This document shows, piece after piece, positions 41,258 to 51,469 of a stretch of DNA of 64,000 bases. The notes under the pieces were generated by a model. The model made no database searches. It was not told the origin of the DNA and saw only the letters and a list, made by a program, of their open reading frames with translations. This DNA is from Candidatus Cloacimonadales bacterium. GTDB lineage: Bacteria > Cloacimonadota > Cloacimonadia > Cloacimonadales > JAFGVF01. Numbering within the stretch: the first letter of the stretch is position 1; every line of letters begins with the position of its first letter. Location of the stretch: contig CAXXOU010000003.1 in NCBI GenBank assembly GCA_963677495.2, forward strand, positions 192,001-256,000, in the 5' to 3' direction. Both the position numbers and the translations under genes were made by a program.

Positions 41258-42277
41258 TTATCTCGTTTTCTTAACTTGTGATTCTAGTTCCTCTATATCT
41301 TTTAAATCCTCTAAATCAGCTTGTGAAGCTTCGAATGCTCTTCGATTATCATCAAACACTTTGTAGATTTGTCTAACCTTTTCTTCCATCATTTTGTGTG
41401 TTATTGAGCCTTTGCCAACCAAAACTGGTTTTTCATTGAATTCAAGTAGTGAATCAATACTACTCTTCCAAAAGTCCAGTGTAATATCTTTTCTGTTTTT
41501 TACTCTTAACTCTGCTGTTTCCAAAAAGATAACAACTAATCTGTTTAGAGTATCAATTTCGTCTTTATTTAAGAAATTCTTTGCGATTGTAATATCTTGC
41601 TTTCTGACTCTTGTCCCTTTCCAAGAAGTTAATGCCATATTGGGCTTATTAAAATCTGCTCTTGCAACAACCAACTCTGCAGCTGTCTTTTCAGTTACTG
41701 CATATAACAGTTTTTTTTGAGTCTCAGCGAAAAACATTTGACAAGCTTTATCAGAAGTTTCATAGTCACTACTTAAGGCAAACAGATCTCTTACTTTCTG
41801 GTAGAATCTCTTTTCTGAAGCTCTTATCTCTCTTATTCGTTCTAGTAGCTCATCAAAGTAATCAGGACGACCATCAGGATTCTTTAACCTTTCATCATCC
41901 ATAACAAAGCCTTTGATAATGTATTCCCTTAGATTCTGATTAGCCCAGATTCTGAACTGGGTTCCTCTTTTACTTCTCACTCTGAACCCTATAGCTAGAA
42001 CCATCGCTAATGAATAGAAAGTTACATCGTATTTCTTATCATCCAGGGCAGTTGTTAAGTAATTCTTAACAACTGAAGCCCTATCTAATTCCCTATCCTT
42101 CAGTATATTAGATATGTGCATGCTAATATTTGGTATGGAGGTGGCAAAAAGTTCTGCAATCTGGTTTTGGTTCATCCAGACATCACCATCCTTTGCCATT
42201 AGGGCAATCTTAATTTGCCCATCTTGGGACTTGTAGATTATTAAATCTTGGGATTCATCTTTGTTTAATTCTTTCAT
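41258..42277 (-). CDS. RhuM-family (virulence RhuM) protein (likely start 42277)
   Basis: VWMNQNQIAELF, AIGFRVRSKRGTQFRIWA, KGFVMDDERLK, DYFDELLERIREIRASEKRFYQK. Confidence 0.9.
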   Translation of the reverse strand: MKELNKDESQDLIIYKSQDGQIKIALMAKDGDVWMNQNQIAELFATSIPNISMHISNILKDRELDRASVVKNYLTTALDDKKYDVTFYSLAMVLAIGFRVRSKRGTQFRIWANQNLREYIIKGFVMDDERLKNPDGRPDYFDELLERIREIRASEKRFYQKVRDLFALSSDYETSDKACQMFFAETQKKLLYAVTEKTAAELVVARADFNKPNMALTSWKGTRVRKQDITIAKNFLNKDEIDTLNRLVVIFLETAELRVKNRKDITLDFWKSSIDSLLEFNEKPVLVGKGSITHKMMEEKVRQIYKVFDDNRRAFEASQADLEDLKDIEELESQVKKTR

Positions 42278-42416
42278 ACCTACTCCAGTTGGATTCATTA
42301 TATCTGAGAGAAGCTTAGTATTCAAGAAATATCTGTAGGAAAGATTAAGTCAAATGAAAAGGACTTATACTCTATCAAAGCATAAGTCCTTTAGTATCCA
42401 TCTATATTTTATTGAG

Positions 42417-43199
42417 CTAACTAAGCATCTCCTCAGTTATCTTTATCAGTTGTTCTATCTTTCTATGATTATAGGCATCAGGGTGTGCTTCTCCGAAGCC
42501 ACCTCTATCATTATCGAAGTATTTACCTGTCACACCTTTGAACTTCTCAGATGTACACAACCCTACCAAAAGGTCAGCACCTTTAGTTGCCGGAGACCAG
42601 TATTGTCCATACGCTTCATTAGCCATCTTAGTGTTTAACAAAGAGCCTGGATTAACTGCTATCACACTCACATTCTCAAGTTCTTTTGCTAATCTGAAAC
42701 TCCACATTGTAAGAGCTAACTTACTCTGTGCATATGATTCACTTTGTGAGACTTGCTTCTTACCTTTCAGTAGATCAATTGATACTTCTGATTGTGCTGC
42801 AGAACTAAGGTTAATGATTCTCGCATCACTCTTACTTTTCATTAAAGGTAGTAATGAGTTTGTCAGCAAGTACTGGGCAAAATAGTTGACTACTATTCTG
42901 ATGTCTAGACCTGTTGTATTAGCACTTTTAAAGACTCCGGCATTGTTTAATATAACATCTATGCACTTATAGTCAGCAGTTATTGCTTCTGCCATCTGTT
43001 TCACAGAGTCAAGCTTAGAGAAGTCTGCTACATATCCTTTAACATTAACATTAAGCTTCTTAACCTCATCAACAACTGTGCATAGTTTCTCTGAGTTGCG
43101 CCCATGAAGAATCAGTTTATGTCCTTGCTTTGCAAGCTCCAATGCCGAAAGTTTTCCGATTCCATCTGTAGCTCCGGTTACTAAAATGGTTTTAGACAT
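42417..43199 (-). CDS. Short-chain dehydrogenase/reductase
   Basis: TGATDGIG, NNAG and YAQSK. Confidence 0.92.
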   Translation of the reverse strand: MSKTILVTGATDGIGKLSALELAKQGHKLILHGRNSEKLCTVVDEVKKLNVNVKGYVADFSKLDSVKQMAEAITADYKCIDVILNNAGVFKSANTTGLDIRIVVNYFAQYLLTNSLLPLMKSKSDARIINLSSAAQSEVSIDLLKGKKQVSQSESYAQSKLALTMWSFRLAKELENVSVIAVNPGSLLNTKMANEAYGQYWSPATKGADLLVGLCTSEKFKGVTGKYFDNDRGGFGEAHPDAYNHRKIEQLIKITEEMLS

Positions 43200-43207
43200 T
43201 GTTAAAC

Positions 43208-43876
43208 CTATTTAACCCACTGAACTACTTCTGTTATAGCTCTTCGAGACTTAGGCCAATCCAAATCAGCTTTTTTGTAGCCAAATGCAACCATTGCAGA
43301 AAGTCCGAACACCTTTGAATCTATTAGTCCTTCAGCTTCAAGAATCTCTTCCACTTTCTCTCTACTAAAACCTTCTATCGGACAAGAATCAATACCTATC
43401 TGTGCAGCAGCAGTCATCATATTAGCAAATGATAAATAAGTCTGTTTGCAAGCCCAATCAAATATCTTTCTATCATCAGTAAGATCAAAATCGTTCTTCT
43501 GAAAGTTACCAAATGCACCCAAAATATTCTCTTCAACTTCTACAGAATATTGCTTTACTTCTTTAGAAATATATGAAAAATACTCTGAGCCTGGAACCAA
43601 TTCTGGTGCTTTCCTAGCCATGATTAAGACAAAATGACTTGCAGTTGGGAGTTGTTTCTGAGCTCCCCAGCTATATGGAGCAAGCTTTTCACGTAGTTCT
43701 TTGTTCTGTACAACTATAAATTTCCAAGGTTCCCAGCCAAATGAACTTGGAGATAATCTTCCTGTTTCTAGAATAAACTCAAAATCTTCATCCGGTATCT
43801 TTTTACCAACTTGAAACTCTTTAATTGCCTGTCTAAACTTATAAGCTTCAATTATTTCCTCTTTTCTCTTCTGCAT
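43208..43876 (-). CDS. NAD(P)H nitroreductase/flavin reductase (NfsB-like)
   Basis: RLSPSSFGWEPWKF, GIDSCPIEGF, VAFGY and KSRR. Confidence 0.92.
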   Translation of the reverse strand: MQKRKEEIIEAYKFRQAIKEFQVGKKIPDEDFEFILETGRLSPSSFGWEPWKFIVVQNKELREKLAPYSWGAQKQLPTASHFVLIMARKAPELVPGSEYFSYISKEVKQYSVEVEENILGAFGNFQKNDFDLTDDRKIFDWACKQTYLSFANMMTAAAQIGIDSCPIEGFSREKVEEILEAEGLIDSKVFGLSAMVAFGYKKADLDWPKSRRAITEVVQWVK

Positions 43877-44001
43877 AACAATACTCCTTAATTATCTATA
43901 CTTTCTTTCTTTACTATATTTAGTATAGTGTCATTTATGAGTATAGCAGTACTATGTCAATATTATTTTCTGTTTGGGACGTGAAGTATCTGATATCTTT
44001 C

Positions 44002-44784
44002 TTAGAAAGTTAGCAGTATTCCTCGATGATCAGAGGGGTTTAGGGAGTTGTCATAAGTTCTAGTATAACTACATTTTCCACGGATATGCATATTAAAACC
44101 GAAAATAAAATCAATCTCTTTATCCGGGAATGGATTTGGATATGTAGGTTTTGAATCAGAGAGTTTAACAAACCCCTTGGAATGGATTAGTTTTATAACT
44201 TCTGAATTAGGAGTCACATTGAAATCACCACAAAGAATATACTTTTTATAGTTTCTTTTAGTTGCGTAAGACATAATTTCTTTAGCATTTTGCATTGCTT
44301 GCAATGGAGCATAACTTAAGTGTGTGTTCAATATTGTAACATGTCCCGTTTCCACAACCTGTAGGTTACGAACATTAGAATCTTCTATGGGTGGATTGGG
44401 ATTCAAAATCAGATTCACATGTTCTTGAATCGGGTATTTACTAATGACGGTCAAGCCTTCCCAGATAACACTTTTCCCTTCATTCATTATTGCTTTACAT
44501 GGGAAGTTTCTTATTGTTGAAGCTTCATGATTGTAATACATTGCCGGAGCTATTGCTAAATGGTAGCCAATCCCAAATCCTCTTTGATTAAGTTCAAACA
44601 GTATTTGTTCAGCAGTGTTCAAACCAGTAAGTTTTGTTGATGGAGTTTCAAAGCAGAATCGAACTTCTTGAAGGGCTATAACATCAGGATTGAGCCTAAT
44701 AATCTCATCTACAATTAGACCAATCCGTTCCTCCCAGAACGGATGGTCATTGTAATTTGCAATATTCCAAGTTAGAATTTTCAC
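44002..44784 (-). CDS. EEP (endonuclease/exonuclease/phosphatase) family protein
   Basis: LTWNI, ALQEV, NTHL, GDFN, IDFIF and SDH; GTG start overlaps the upstream stop. Confidence 0.88.
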   Translation of the reverse strand: MKILTWNIANYNDHPFWEERIGLIVDEIIRLNPDVIALQEVRFCFETPSTKLTGLNTAEQILFELNQRGFGIGYHLAIAPAMYYNHEASTIRNFPCKAIMNEGKSVIWEGLTVISKYPIQEHVNLILNPNPPIEDSNVRNLQVVETGHVTILNTHLSYAPLQAMQNAKEIMSYATKRNYKKYILCGDFNVTPNSEVIKLIHSKGFVKLSDSKPTYPNPFPDKEIDFIFGFNMHIRGKCSYTRTYDNSLNPSDHRGILLTF

Positions 44785-47654
44785 TATTGTATAATTAAAT
44801 AAGGACGCTTAACACCTGCTCTAATTTGAGTAGCAGGAGATATGTATCCAGTTTTGCCTATTGAGCTCTTAAACAGTGAGATTAGGTTTTCTCGCATTGT
44901 GAAATCACCGAATCCCTCAGTGATTATGAATCCGAAACCTATCTTCTCATTACCGGTAAGTGCCACTCCAATCTCATATCCGGAATACTTAACCCATTCT
45001 CTGTTATCAATGGAAGGAGCAATTAATCCTAAGACTCCTGCTTCTTTACATCCTTGAAGAACTGCACTGTCTACTGCTTCCGGACAAACAACAATCTTAT
45101 CTCGATTCTCTGCTTTTAAGATGTCTATTTTCTTTTCTACTAATGCAATCTTTCCTGAACGTTCTTCTCCAAATCCGATTACTCCATCAGCTTCGATACC
45201 ATGACATTTAATCTCTGCGAGTCTTATTGCATCTGAATAAATAACTTCACCGTTCACATATGCCAGCATCTCGTATGGTTTCTTATTGTAATGTATTGTT
45301 ATCGTACCTTTCTGAGTATCTATATCAGTTACAAATCCTGTTGCACTTGTTCTAATAAACTGCTGAACCTCCTTAGAGACTCTTTTTGCAATGATCTCAT
45401 GTCCATAGGCAAGATCTCCGACACGTTTTGTCAGATATCCCTTAATCTGATTTGGTTTAATTTTAAGTTTATTGGCAATATTAATTACAATAGGTTTAAC
45501 TGCATGTTTAACTTGCTCACGAATCAGCACTACTCCAGAATTACAGTTAACCTGCTCAATATACCCTGAAGTCGGCGAGTTGTAGTAATAAACAGATTTG
45601 GATATTCCCATTAATGCAGGCTCTGTATGTTGAAAGATTCTCTGGTCAAAGGAAACTTCATCACCTTGCTTAACTAACATTCCGGACTCCATTTTCTCAG
45701 GAGTAAACTCACTACCAAGCACCTTACTAATCGGTGCCATCATAAGCTTTGGAGGTTCTTTACGATTTAACCCAATAATAGTATCAGGTTTAACTACCGT
45801 CCCGGCTTCAACCTCTATTGTTCCATCGTAAGGTAGCTCTTTTCTTATAACAATATCGGTAGATTTTATATCGTTAGTATCCGGATGGGCAAACAAACTT
45901 TTTTGCGGAATGATATCTGTATGGTCACTATAAAGTTTCATTGTCTTATTGATTGACTTAAAGTCAACAAAGCATGAATCCATAGTGTTAATGACAATCG
46001 GTGTATCTGTTTCAAGCTTGATACTAGTTTCGTTTCCACTTAAGAAAACGTTCTTTTCAAGTTCAATCTCTAGCTCTACTTTACTTTCAACCGGGAAGAA
46101 GTAATATTCATTACTCATTATTTCCTGTGTTTTTCCACCTAGTTTAATGGTCATCAATTTGTACGCTTTACGTTTCTTTTTAAATATTGGCTTTAGATAG
46201 ATCCCTAATCTTTCAATTCCTTCTGTATTCAAAAGGGCATCAGCTTCTGTAGGCATAACTTCACTTAACTTACCAAGATGAGGTGATATAAAGTGCTTAT
46301 CACGCCATATTTCGGTAATACCTACAGGTCTGAAACCATGAATAACCATATGAAGAGCTTGCAGTTTACTAGGTGCATGAGAGATAACACCACCGGCACC
46401 GATTATAACATCCAGCTCTGAGAAGTTGAACTTCATGCCATCAACAACTTTCTCAACATATACATGATCCATAAACGGGTCACGTTGAACTGATTTAATA
46501 TTTGTAAATATGTTTCTTTGGTTCTCGCTGAAATGCATCTCCATATGTTGTCTAAAAGCAATATTGATTGCTTCTATCGCACAAGCCTGCTCTACGATAA
46601 GAGATGTCTGATCTTTTGGTACAAACTGTGGATAAAGCATTTTATTGCTAATATAATTACACACATATTCTGCACTAATTGAATCCGGTAACCAACGTTT
46701 TATATTCTCAATCCCTGTATCTGCCAGAACATTTGATATACTATAACTCATACCTGAGTTTGCTCTTACCGTACGATGATTGTTTCCATTAAGGTGAGAG
46801 AATATATCAGTAGTAGCACCACCAATATCAACTGTCATAAGGTTTAGCTTTTTCTCTCCACTAAGAATTTCCATTGATTTCAGCACAGCCTTTGGAGTTG
46901 GAATAATGTCATCATTAACTATCTTCTTCACACCTGAATATCCCGGAGCTTGCTCCATCACATTCTCCATGAATAATTCATGAACTTTATCCTGTGCCGG
47001 AACCAAGTTTTCATCTTCTGGAGTAGGACTGATATTTGGCACAATATGCATATCAAATTTGTCTTTAAAAACTCCGGCAATTGAATCTCTAATGCTCTTG
47101 TTTCCTGCATAAACAAGAGGTATTTTAGCTTTCCCGAATTTGGGTTCCGGATGTGCAACACTTAGAATCTCTGACAAGCGAATAATACCGGTAAATGCAC
47201 CCCCGTCATAGCCACCTGAGAAAAGGATTATATCGGGGTGAACTGCCTGCATAAGCTCCATCTGTTCTAATACAGATCGTTTATCATCTATAGCTATTGT
47301 TTCGAGAATAACTCCACCGGCTCCAAGAGCTGTTTTCTGAGCCCTGGCAGCTGATTCTACCTTGGTCAGCCCCACTACCAATATCTGAAGTCCACCACCG
47401 GCACTACTGGTTGTTAAGTATTTTATATCATCTGTGAACTGTAATGGTTCTTCACTCTGTATTAGCTTTGTATCAAGGTTCTTTTCAAGTTCTTTTACAG
47501 AATTTATTATACCATATTTAACATCTTCAAAAGGTTTCTCAACAGTTGTTGGGGAGTTGGATAATCCTGCAAGTTTTGCAGAGTCATTATCAAGTTCAAT
47601 CAAAATAGCTTTCGTCGTAGTACTTCCAATATCAGTTATAAGTACTCTTTCCAT
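44784..47654 (-). CDS. GlmL/MutL (glutamate mutase L)-type ASKHA ATPase fused to a ~350-aa uncharacterised C-terminal region
   Basis: DIGSTTTK, SSAGGGL, GGYDGG, PTP, VDIGGATTDIFS and GAGGVISH; extra C-terminal region ending TQIRAGVKRP. Confidence 0.8.
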   Translation of the reverse strand: MERVLITDIGSTTTKAILIELDNDSAKLAGLSNSPTTVEKPFEDVKYGIINSVKELEKNLDTKLIQSEEPLQFTDDIKYLTTSSAGGGLQILVVGLTKVESAARAQKTALGAGGVILETIAIDDKRSVLEQMELMQAVHPDIILFSGGYDGGAFTGIIRLSEILSVAHPEPKFGKAKIPLVYAGNKSIRDSIAGVFKDKFDMHIVPNISPTPEDENLVPAQDKVHELFMENVMEQAPGYSGVKKIVNDDIIPTPKAVLKSMEILSGEKKLNLMTVDIGGATTDIFSHLNGNNHRTVRANSGMSYSISNVLADTGIENIKRWLPDSISAEYVCNYISNKMLYPQFVPKDQTSLIVEQACAIEAINIAFRQHMEMHFSENQRNIFTNIKSVQRDPFMDHVYVEKVVDGMKFNFSELDVIIGAGGVISHAPSKLQALHMVIHGFRPVGITEIWRDKHFISPHLGKLSEVMPTEADALLNTEGIERLGIYLKPIFKKKRKAYKLMTIKLGGKTQEIMSNEYYFFPVESKVELEIELEKNVFLSGNETSIKLETDTPIVINTMDSCFVDFKSINKTMKLYSDHTDIIPQKSLFAHPDTNDIKSTDIVIRKELPYDGTIEVEAGTVVKPDTIIGLNRKEPPKLMMAPISKVLGSEFTPEKMESGMLVKQGDEVSFDQRIFQHTEPALMGISKSVYYYNSPTSGYIEQVNCNSGVVLIREQVKHAVKPIVINIANKLKIKPNQIKGYLTKRVGDLAYGHEIIAKRVSKEVQQFIRTSATGFVTDIDTQKGTITIHYNKKPYEMLAYVNGEVIYSDAIRLAEIKCHGIEADGVIGFGEERSGKIALVEKKIDILKAENRDKIVVCPEAVDSAVLQGCKEAGVLGLIAPSIDNREWVKYSGYEIGVALTGNEKIGFGFIITEGFGDFTMRENLISLFKSSIGKTGYISPATQIRAGVKRPYLIIQ

Positions 47655-47759
47655 TATTCCTCCTAACTCGTCCCTATTTGTTTTCTGTATCTAAAGTCCT
47701 ACTAATATATGCGTCAAGTAAAAAGGAAGTTACATTAATTCTATATTCAGATCGATTCT

Positions 47760-48108
47760 ACCTTCTGAATGGTCCAGAGACCTTCAGAATGGTACTCTTG
47801 CAACTGTTCTTCGACGTTGAACGCCAATCTCATGAGAAATATTTAGAATCACTTGAATAATCAACCAATAGAAAGGAGCGCAAAGTCGTTATACATTCTA
47901 TGCTCTCTTTCAACACACGGGACACACTCGGGAATCTCTCGGGGCTCTCCCCGTGTAATTCCCATGAGATTCCTGAACAAATCGCACTTGGCTCCCGAGG
48001 ATTGAAAGGGGACAAAGAAAGTGGCATGCATGATGCCACTTTAAAAAACTTGAAAAAGGGTGTCTATCCGACTCACCATTCTGAAGGTCTTAGGAGCATT
48101 CAGAAGGT
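47760..48108. repeat. 349-bp segment bounded by 34-bp inverted repeats (MITE/REP-doublet-like)
   Basis: 47760-47793 matches the reverse complement of 48075-48108 at 31/34; interior holds an 11-bp-period CGGG/CCCG array. Confidence 0.75.
48012..48042 (-). terminator. Hairpin, probable terminator of the lgt-containing operon
   Basis: AAAGTGGCAT-GCATG-ATGCCACTTT, with TTTCTTTG tail on the minus strand. Confidence 0.6.
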
Positions 48109-48114
48109 GATTTG

Positions 48115-48675
48115 TTATATCCTCTTTATAGATCCAATAACACTCTCAATAATTGTGTTTTTTTCAACATAGAAATCCTTATCGATAAAGATATCAAACA
48201 TAGCGGTTTGCATCTCATTTAAAGGGATTAAGAGCTTGATGCTTACAAAGTTGTTTTCATTCGTAAACTTATATTGATAGAAATAAAGGTCATTGGCTTT
48301 ATACTCAGCAAAAGACATCTCCGGATACTTATCTTTAAGCTCATTCGTGAATCTTTCGTTTGCAACACCGGCATCATCAAGAATAACTGAACCTGCAATG
48401 AAACCTTTCTTCTCTGGAGCTATGAATACATTAAGATTGCGCAATAAGTTAGTATCCGACCTATTCATCTGAAACTTAATAGCTTCCATAATTACATTAT
48501 CTGCAATCTCCCAACCTAATGGAGGTTGATAGCTATAATTGTATGTTGAGTCAACTATAGCTGAAGCTAACAACTTCTGATTAACTCTAAAATCGATTTC
48601 AGGGACTTTAGGAGCTTTGTCACATGCTACCATCAATAGCGTGATTAGCAGTAATAGTATCAGTATCTTTCTCAT
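48115..48675 (-). CDS. Hypothetical lipoprotein
   Basis: Lipobox MVAC; directly downstream of lgt. Confidence 0.75.
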   Translation of the reverse strand: MRKILILLLLITLLMVACDKAPKVPEIDFRVNQKLLASAIVDSTYNYSYQPPLGWEIADNVIMEAIKFQMNRSDTNLLRNLNVFIAPEKKGFIAGSVILDDAGVANERFTNELKDKYPEMSFAEYKANDLYFYQYKFTNENNFVSIKLLIPLNEMQTAMFDIFIDKDFYVEKNTIIESVIGSIKRI

Positions 48676-48679
48676 AATT

Positions 48680-49504
48680 CTAACTAACTTTCCTATTTTT
48701 TTTAAGTGAATAAACCAAACCAGTCACTCCAATAATAATCATTAAAGCACTCAGGAATTGTCCTTGGCTCATCGGTAATATACCCCAGAGTAATCCGTTG
48801 GGATATAATGTAGGGATGTTATCACGAACTCTAAAGAACTCAACGAATATTCTGAATATACCATACAGTGGGAAAAATGACCAGAAAACTGTCCCAATTG
48901 TCTTTGTCTTCTTCAATACAAACCACAGTATGAAGAACATTAGTATGCCTTCAAGGAACATCTCGTATAGCTGAGTTGGATGCCTTGGTACACCAGATGG
49001 ATCAGTAGGAAATATCATAGCCCATGGAACATTAGTCTGATGTCCATATAGTTCAGCATTTATGAAATTTCCAAAACGCCCCAATCCTAGTCCGACTGCT
49101 ACTAAAGGCATAGTTACATCACCGATCGCGATAAAATCGTATTTATACTTCTTACAGAAATGCCAGACCATCAGAATTACACCAAGTGCTCCTCCATGAA
49201 ACGACATACCACCGTTCCAGACTTGAAACAGAACTAACGGATTATGCGCAAAAGCGACAATGTCATAAAATAGTACATAGCCAATTCTTCCACCAAGTAT
49301 AACCCCTAGTGCAATATCAAAGATGAAGGTTTCATACTTCTCTTTGTCCATTTTGATGTTTCGGTATTTAAAGAAGCTTTTAGTTGCAAAGAAACCAATT
49401 ATAAAGCTGATAATATAAAGTAGACCATACCACCTTATCTGAACAGGGAAATTGCCAATATGAAATGATACGATATTGGGATTGAAATCAGGGAATTTTA
49501 TCAT
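48680..49504 (-). CDS. lgt: Prolipoprotein diacylglyceryl transferase (likely start 49504)
   Basis: IRWYGL, GGRIGYVLFY, GGMSFHGG, GRFGNFINAELYG and RHPTQLYE. Confidence 0.96.
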   Translation of the reverse strand: MIKFPDFNPNIVSFHIGNFPVQIRWYGLLYIISFIIGFFATKSFFKYRNIKMDKEKYETFIFDIALGVILGGRIGYVLFYDIVAFAHNPLVLFQVWNGGMSFHGGALGVILMVWHFCKKYKYDFIAIGDVTMPLVAVGLGLGRFGNFINAELYGHQTNVPWAMIFPTDPSGVPRHPTQLYEMFLEGILMFFILWFVLKKTKTIGTVFWSFFPLYGIFRIFVEFFRVRDNIPTLYPNGLLWGILPMSQGQFLSALMIIIGVTGLVYSLKKNRKVS

Positions 49505-49507
49505 ATT

Positions 49508-49536
49508 AAAACAATGGGACGGGCTAAGCCGTCCCA
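49508..49536 (-). terminator. Hairpin between etfB and lgt
   Basis: TGGGACGG-N6-CCGTCCCA followed by TTGTTTT on the minus strand. Confidence 0.6.
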
Positions 49537-49545
49537 AATCCTTTA

Positions 49546-50328
49546 TTAGTTAGTGAGTTCTTTAAGTCGTTGAACAATCTTGTCCACAGCTTCTGCAGGT
49601 TCACCTTCAAACTTCTCAACTTTCTTCTCAAACTTCGGAGTAAAGATACCAACAACTTGGGTTGGAGAGCCGTTAAGCCCAATGTCTTTTTCATCTAATC
49701 CTAAGTCATCAGCGTTCCAAGTGATAAGTTCAGCTTTACGTGCATTTCTTTTACCACGAAGAGATGGTAATCTTGGTACATTAATCTCTTTCACAACTGT
49801 CATAACAGCCGGTAATGGCATCTCAACTCTATCATAACCATCTTCCATAAGTCTCTGAGCTACGAGTTTACTCCCTTCAACACTCTCAACCTTTCTTACA
49901 AAGCAAAGCTGAGGAATACCTAAATGAGCAGCTACACCTGGTCCAACTTGTGCAGTATCACCATCAATAGCTTGCTGTCCCATAAGGATAAGATCATAGC
50001 TCTCAAGTTTTTTTACTGCTGCAGCTAGTGTTAAACTAGTTGCCCAAGTGTCAGCACCTGCAAACTTGCGATCTGAAAGTAAGATTATCTCATCAATTCC
50101 AAGTGCAACAGCATCACGTAAAGCACTCTCAGCTTGTGGTGGTCCCATACTGATAGCTGTTATTTTTCCACCATGCTGTTCTTTGAGTTTGATTGCCTCT
50201 TCTATTGCATATAAATCGAATGGATTGATTATACTTTCAACTCCATCACGCATAAGTGTGTTTGTTTCCGGGTTAATTCTAATCTCAGTAGTATCCGGAA
50301 CCTGTTTAATACATACTATAATGTTCAT
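49546..50328 (-). CDS. etfB: Electron transfer flavoprotein subunit beta
   Basis: CIKQVPDT, INPFD, GADTWATS, QAIDGDTAQVGP and GLNGSPT. Confidence 0.95.
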   Translation of the reverse strand: MNIIVCIKQVPDTTEIRINPETNTLMRDGVESIINPFDLYAIEEAIKLKEQHGGKITAISMGPPQAESALRDAVALGIDEIILLSDRKFAGADTWATSLTLAAAVKKLESYDLILMGQQAIDGDTAQVGPGVAAHLGIPQLCFVRKVESVEGSKLVAQRLMEDGYDRVEMPLPAVMTVVKEINVPRLPSLRGKRNARKAELITWNADDLGLDEKDIGLNGSPTQVVGIFTPKFEKKVEKFEGEPAEAVDKIVQRLKELTN

Positions 50329-50343
50329 TTTAATACCTTATAT

Positions 50344-51447
50344 TTATTTATAAAATTCCTTAATCTTTTCGATTACGAAGTCCTGTTGCTCGCTAGAAAG
50401 CTCAGAGTAAATAGGGATAGAGATAACTTTCCGGGCCATCTCCTCTGCAACCGGCATATCACCTTCTTTATATCCAAGTTCAGCAAAACATTCTTGAAGA
50501 TGAAGTGGTAGTGGGTAATATACAGCACAGCCAATCTCATTAGATTGGAGGAACTTCAATAACTCATCTCTTCTTTCAGCTTGAAGAGTAAACTGGTTAT
50601 AAATTGATGTGCATTTCGGTGAAATAAATGGAAGCTTGATTCCCTTAACATCAGCAAGATTCTTATAGTAGTAGTCTGCATTAGCTCTGCGAGCATCTGA
50701 CCAACCTTCAAGGTAGTCAAGTTTCACTTTGAGTACTGCTGCGTGCAATGAGTCAAGACGACTATTGAGCCCTACCCATTTATGGAAATACTTAGGCTTT
50801 TCACCATGAACACGAAGCTGTCTTAGATTGTCAGCAACTTCCTCATTATTTGCTAAACACATTCCACCATCACCCATTGTTCCAAGATTCTTACTTGGGA
50901 AGAATGACAGAGTTCCAACATCACCGATCGTTCCGGCAGCTTTATCATTATATTTACAACCAATACCTTGGGCATTGTCTTCGATAACTTTGAGGTTGTG
51001 CTTCTTGGCAATTTCCATTATTGGGTCCATATCACTAGCTTGACCGAAAAGGTGAACCGGCATGATTGCTTTTGTTTTATCAGTAATCTTTGCTTCTATC
51101 AACTCAGGATTGATATTGAAAGTATCAGGACATATATCTACAAATACAGGGATAGCACCAACACGAGCTATAGAACCTGCTGTAGCGAAGAATGTAAATG
51201 GAGTTGTGATAACCTCATCTCCTTCACCAATATTCAATGCTTTTAGAGCAAGAATGAGAGCATCTGTACCGGAAGCACAGCCAATCGCATACTCTGCAGA
51301 TAGGTAACCTTGTACTTTTGCTTCAAACTCTTTAACACTTGGTCCGAGAATATACCAATGACTTTCAAAAACCTTATCCATCTCTTTTCTAATCTCACCC
51401 ATGATAGGCTCATATTGTGCGTGTAAATCAAGTAATGGGACTTTCAT
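50344..51447 (-). CDS. DegT/DnrJ/EryC1/StrS sugar aminotransferase
   Basis: ASGTDAL, PVHLFGQ, IEDNAQ, SFFPSKNLG and NSRLD. Confidence 0.94.
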   Translation of the reverse strand: MKVPLLDLHAQYEPIMGEIRKEMDKVFESHWYILGPSVKEFEAKVQGYLSAEYAIGCASGTDALILALKALNIGEGDEVITTPFTFFATAGSIARVGAIPVFVDICPDTFNINPELIEAKITDKTKAIMPVHLFGQASDMDPIMEIAKKHNLKVIEDNAQGIGCKYNDKAAGTIGDVGTLSFFPSKNLGTMGDGGMCLANNEEVADNLRQLRVHGEKPKYFHKWVGLNSRLDSLHAAVLKVKLDYLEGWSDARRANADYYYKNLADVKGIKLPFISPKCTSIYNQFTLQAERRDELLKFLQSNEIGCAVYYPLPLHLQECFAELGYKEGDMPVAEEMARKVISIPIYSELSSEQQDFVIEKIKEFYK

Positions 51448-51469
51448 TTATGACTCCTAATAGAATGTT

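Noticed and set aside
42274..42287. 14-nt match TCATACCTACTCCA shared by the RhuM and istA starts
   Set aside because: Consists of RBS plus start codon with no flanking similarity; probably coincidence
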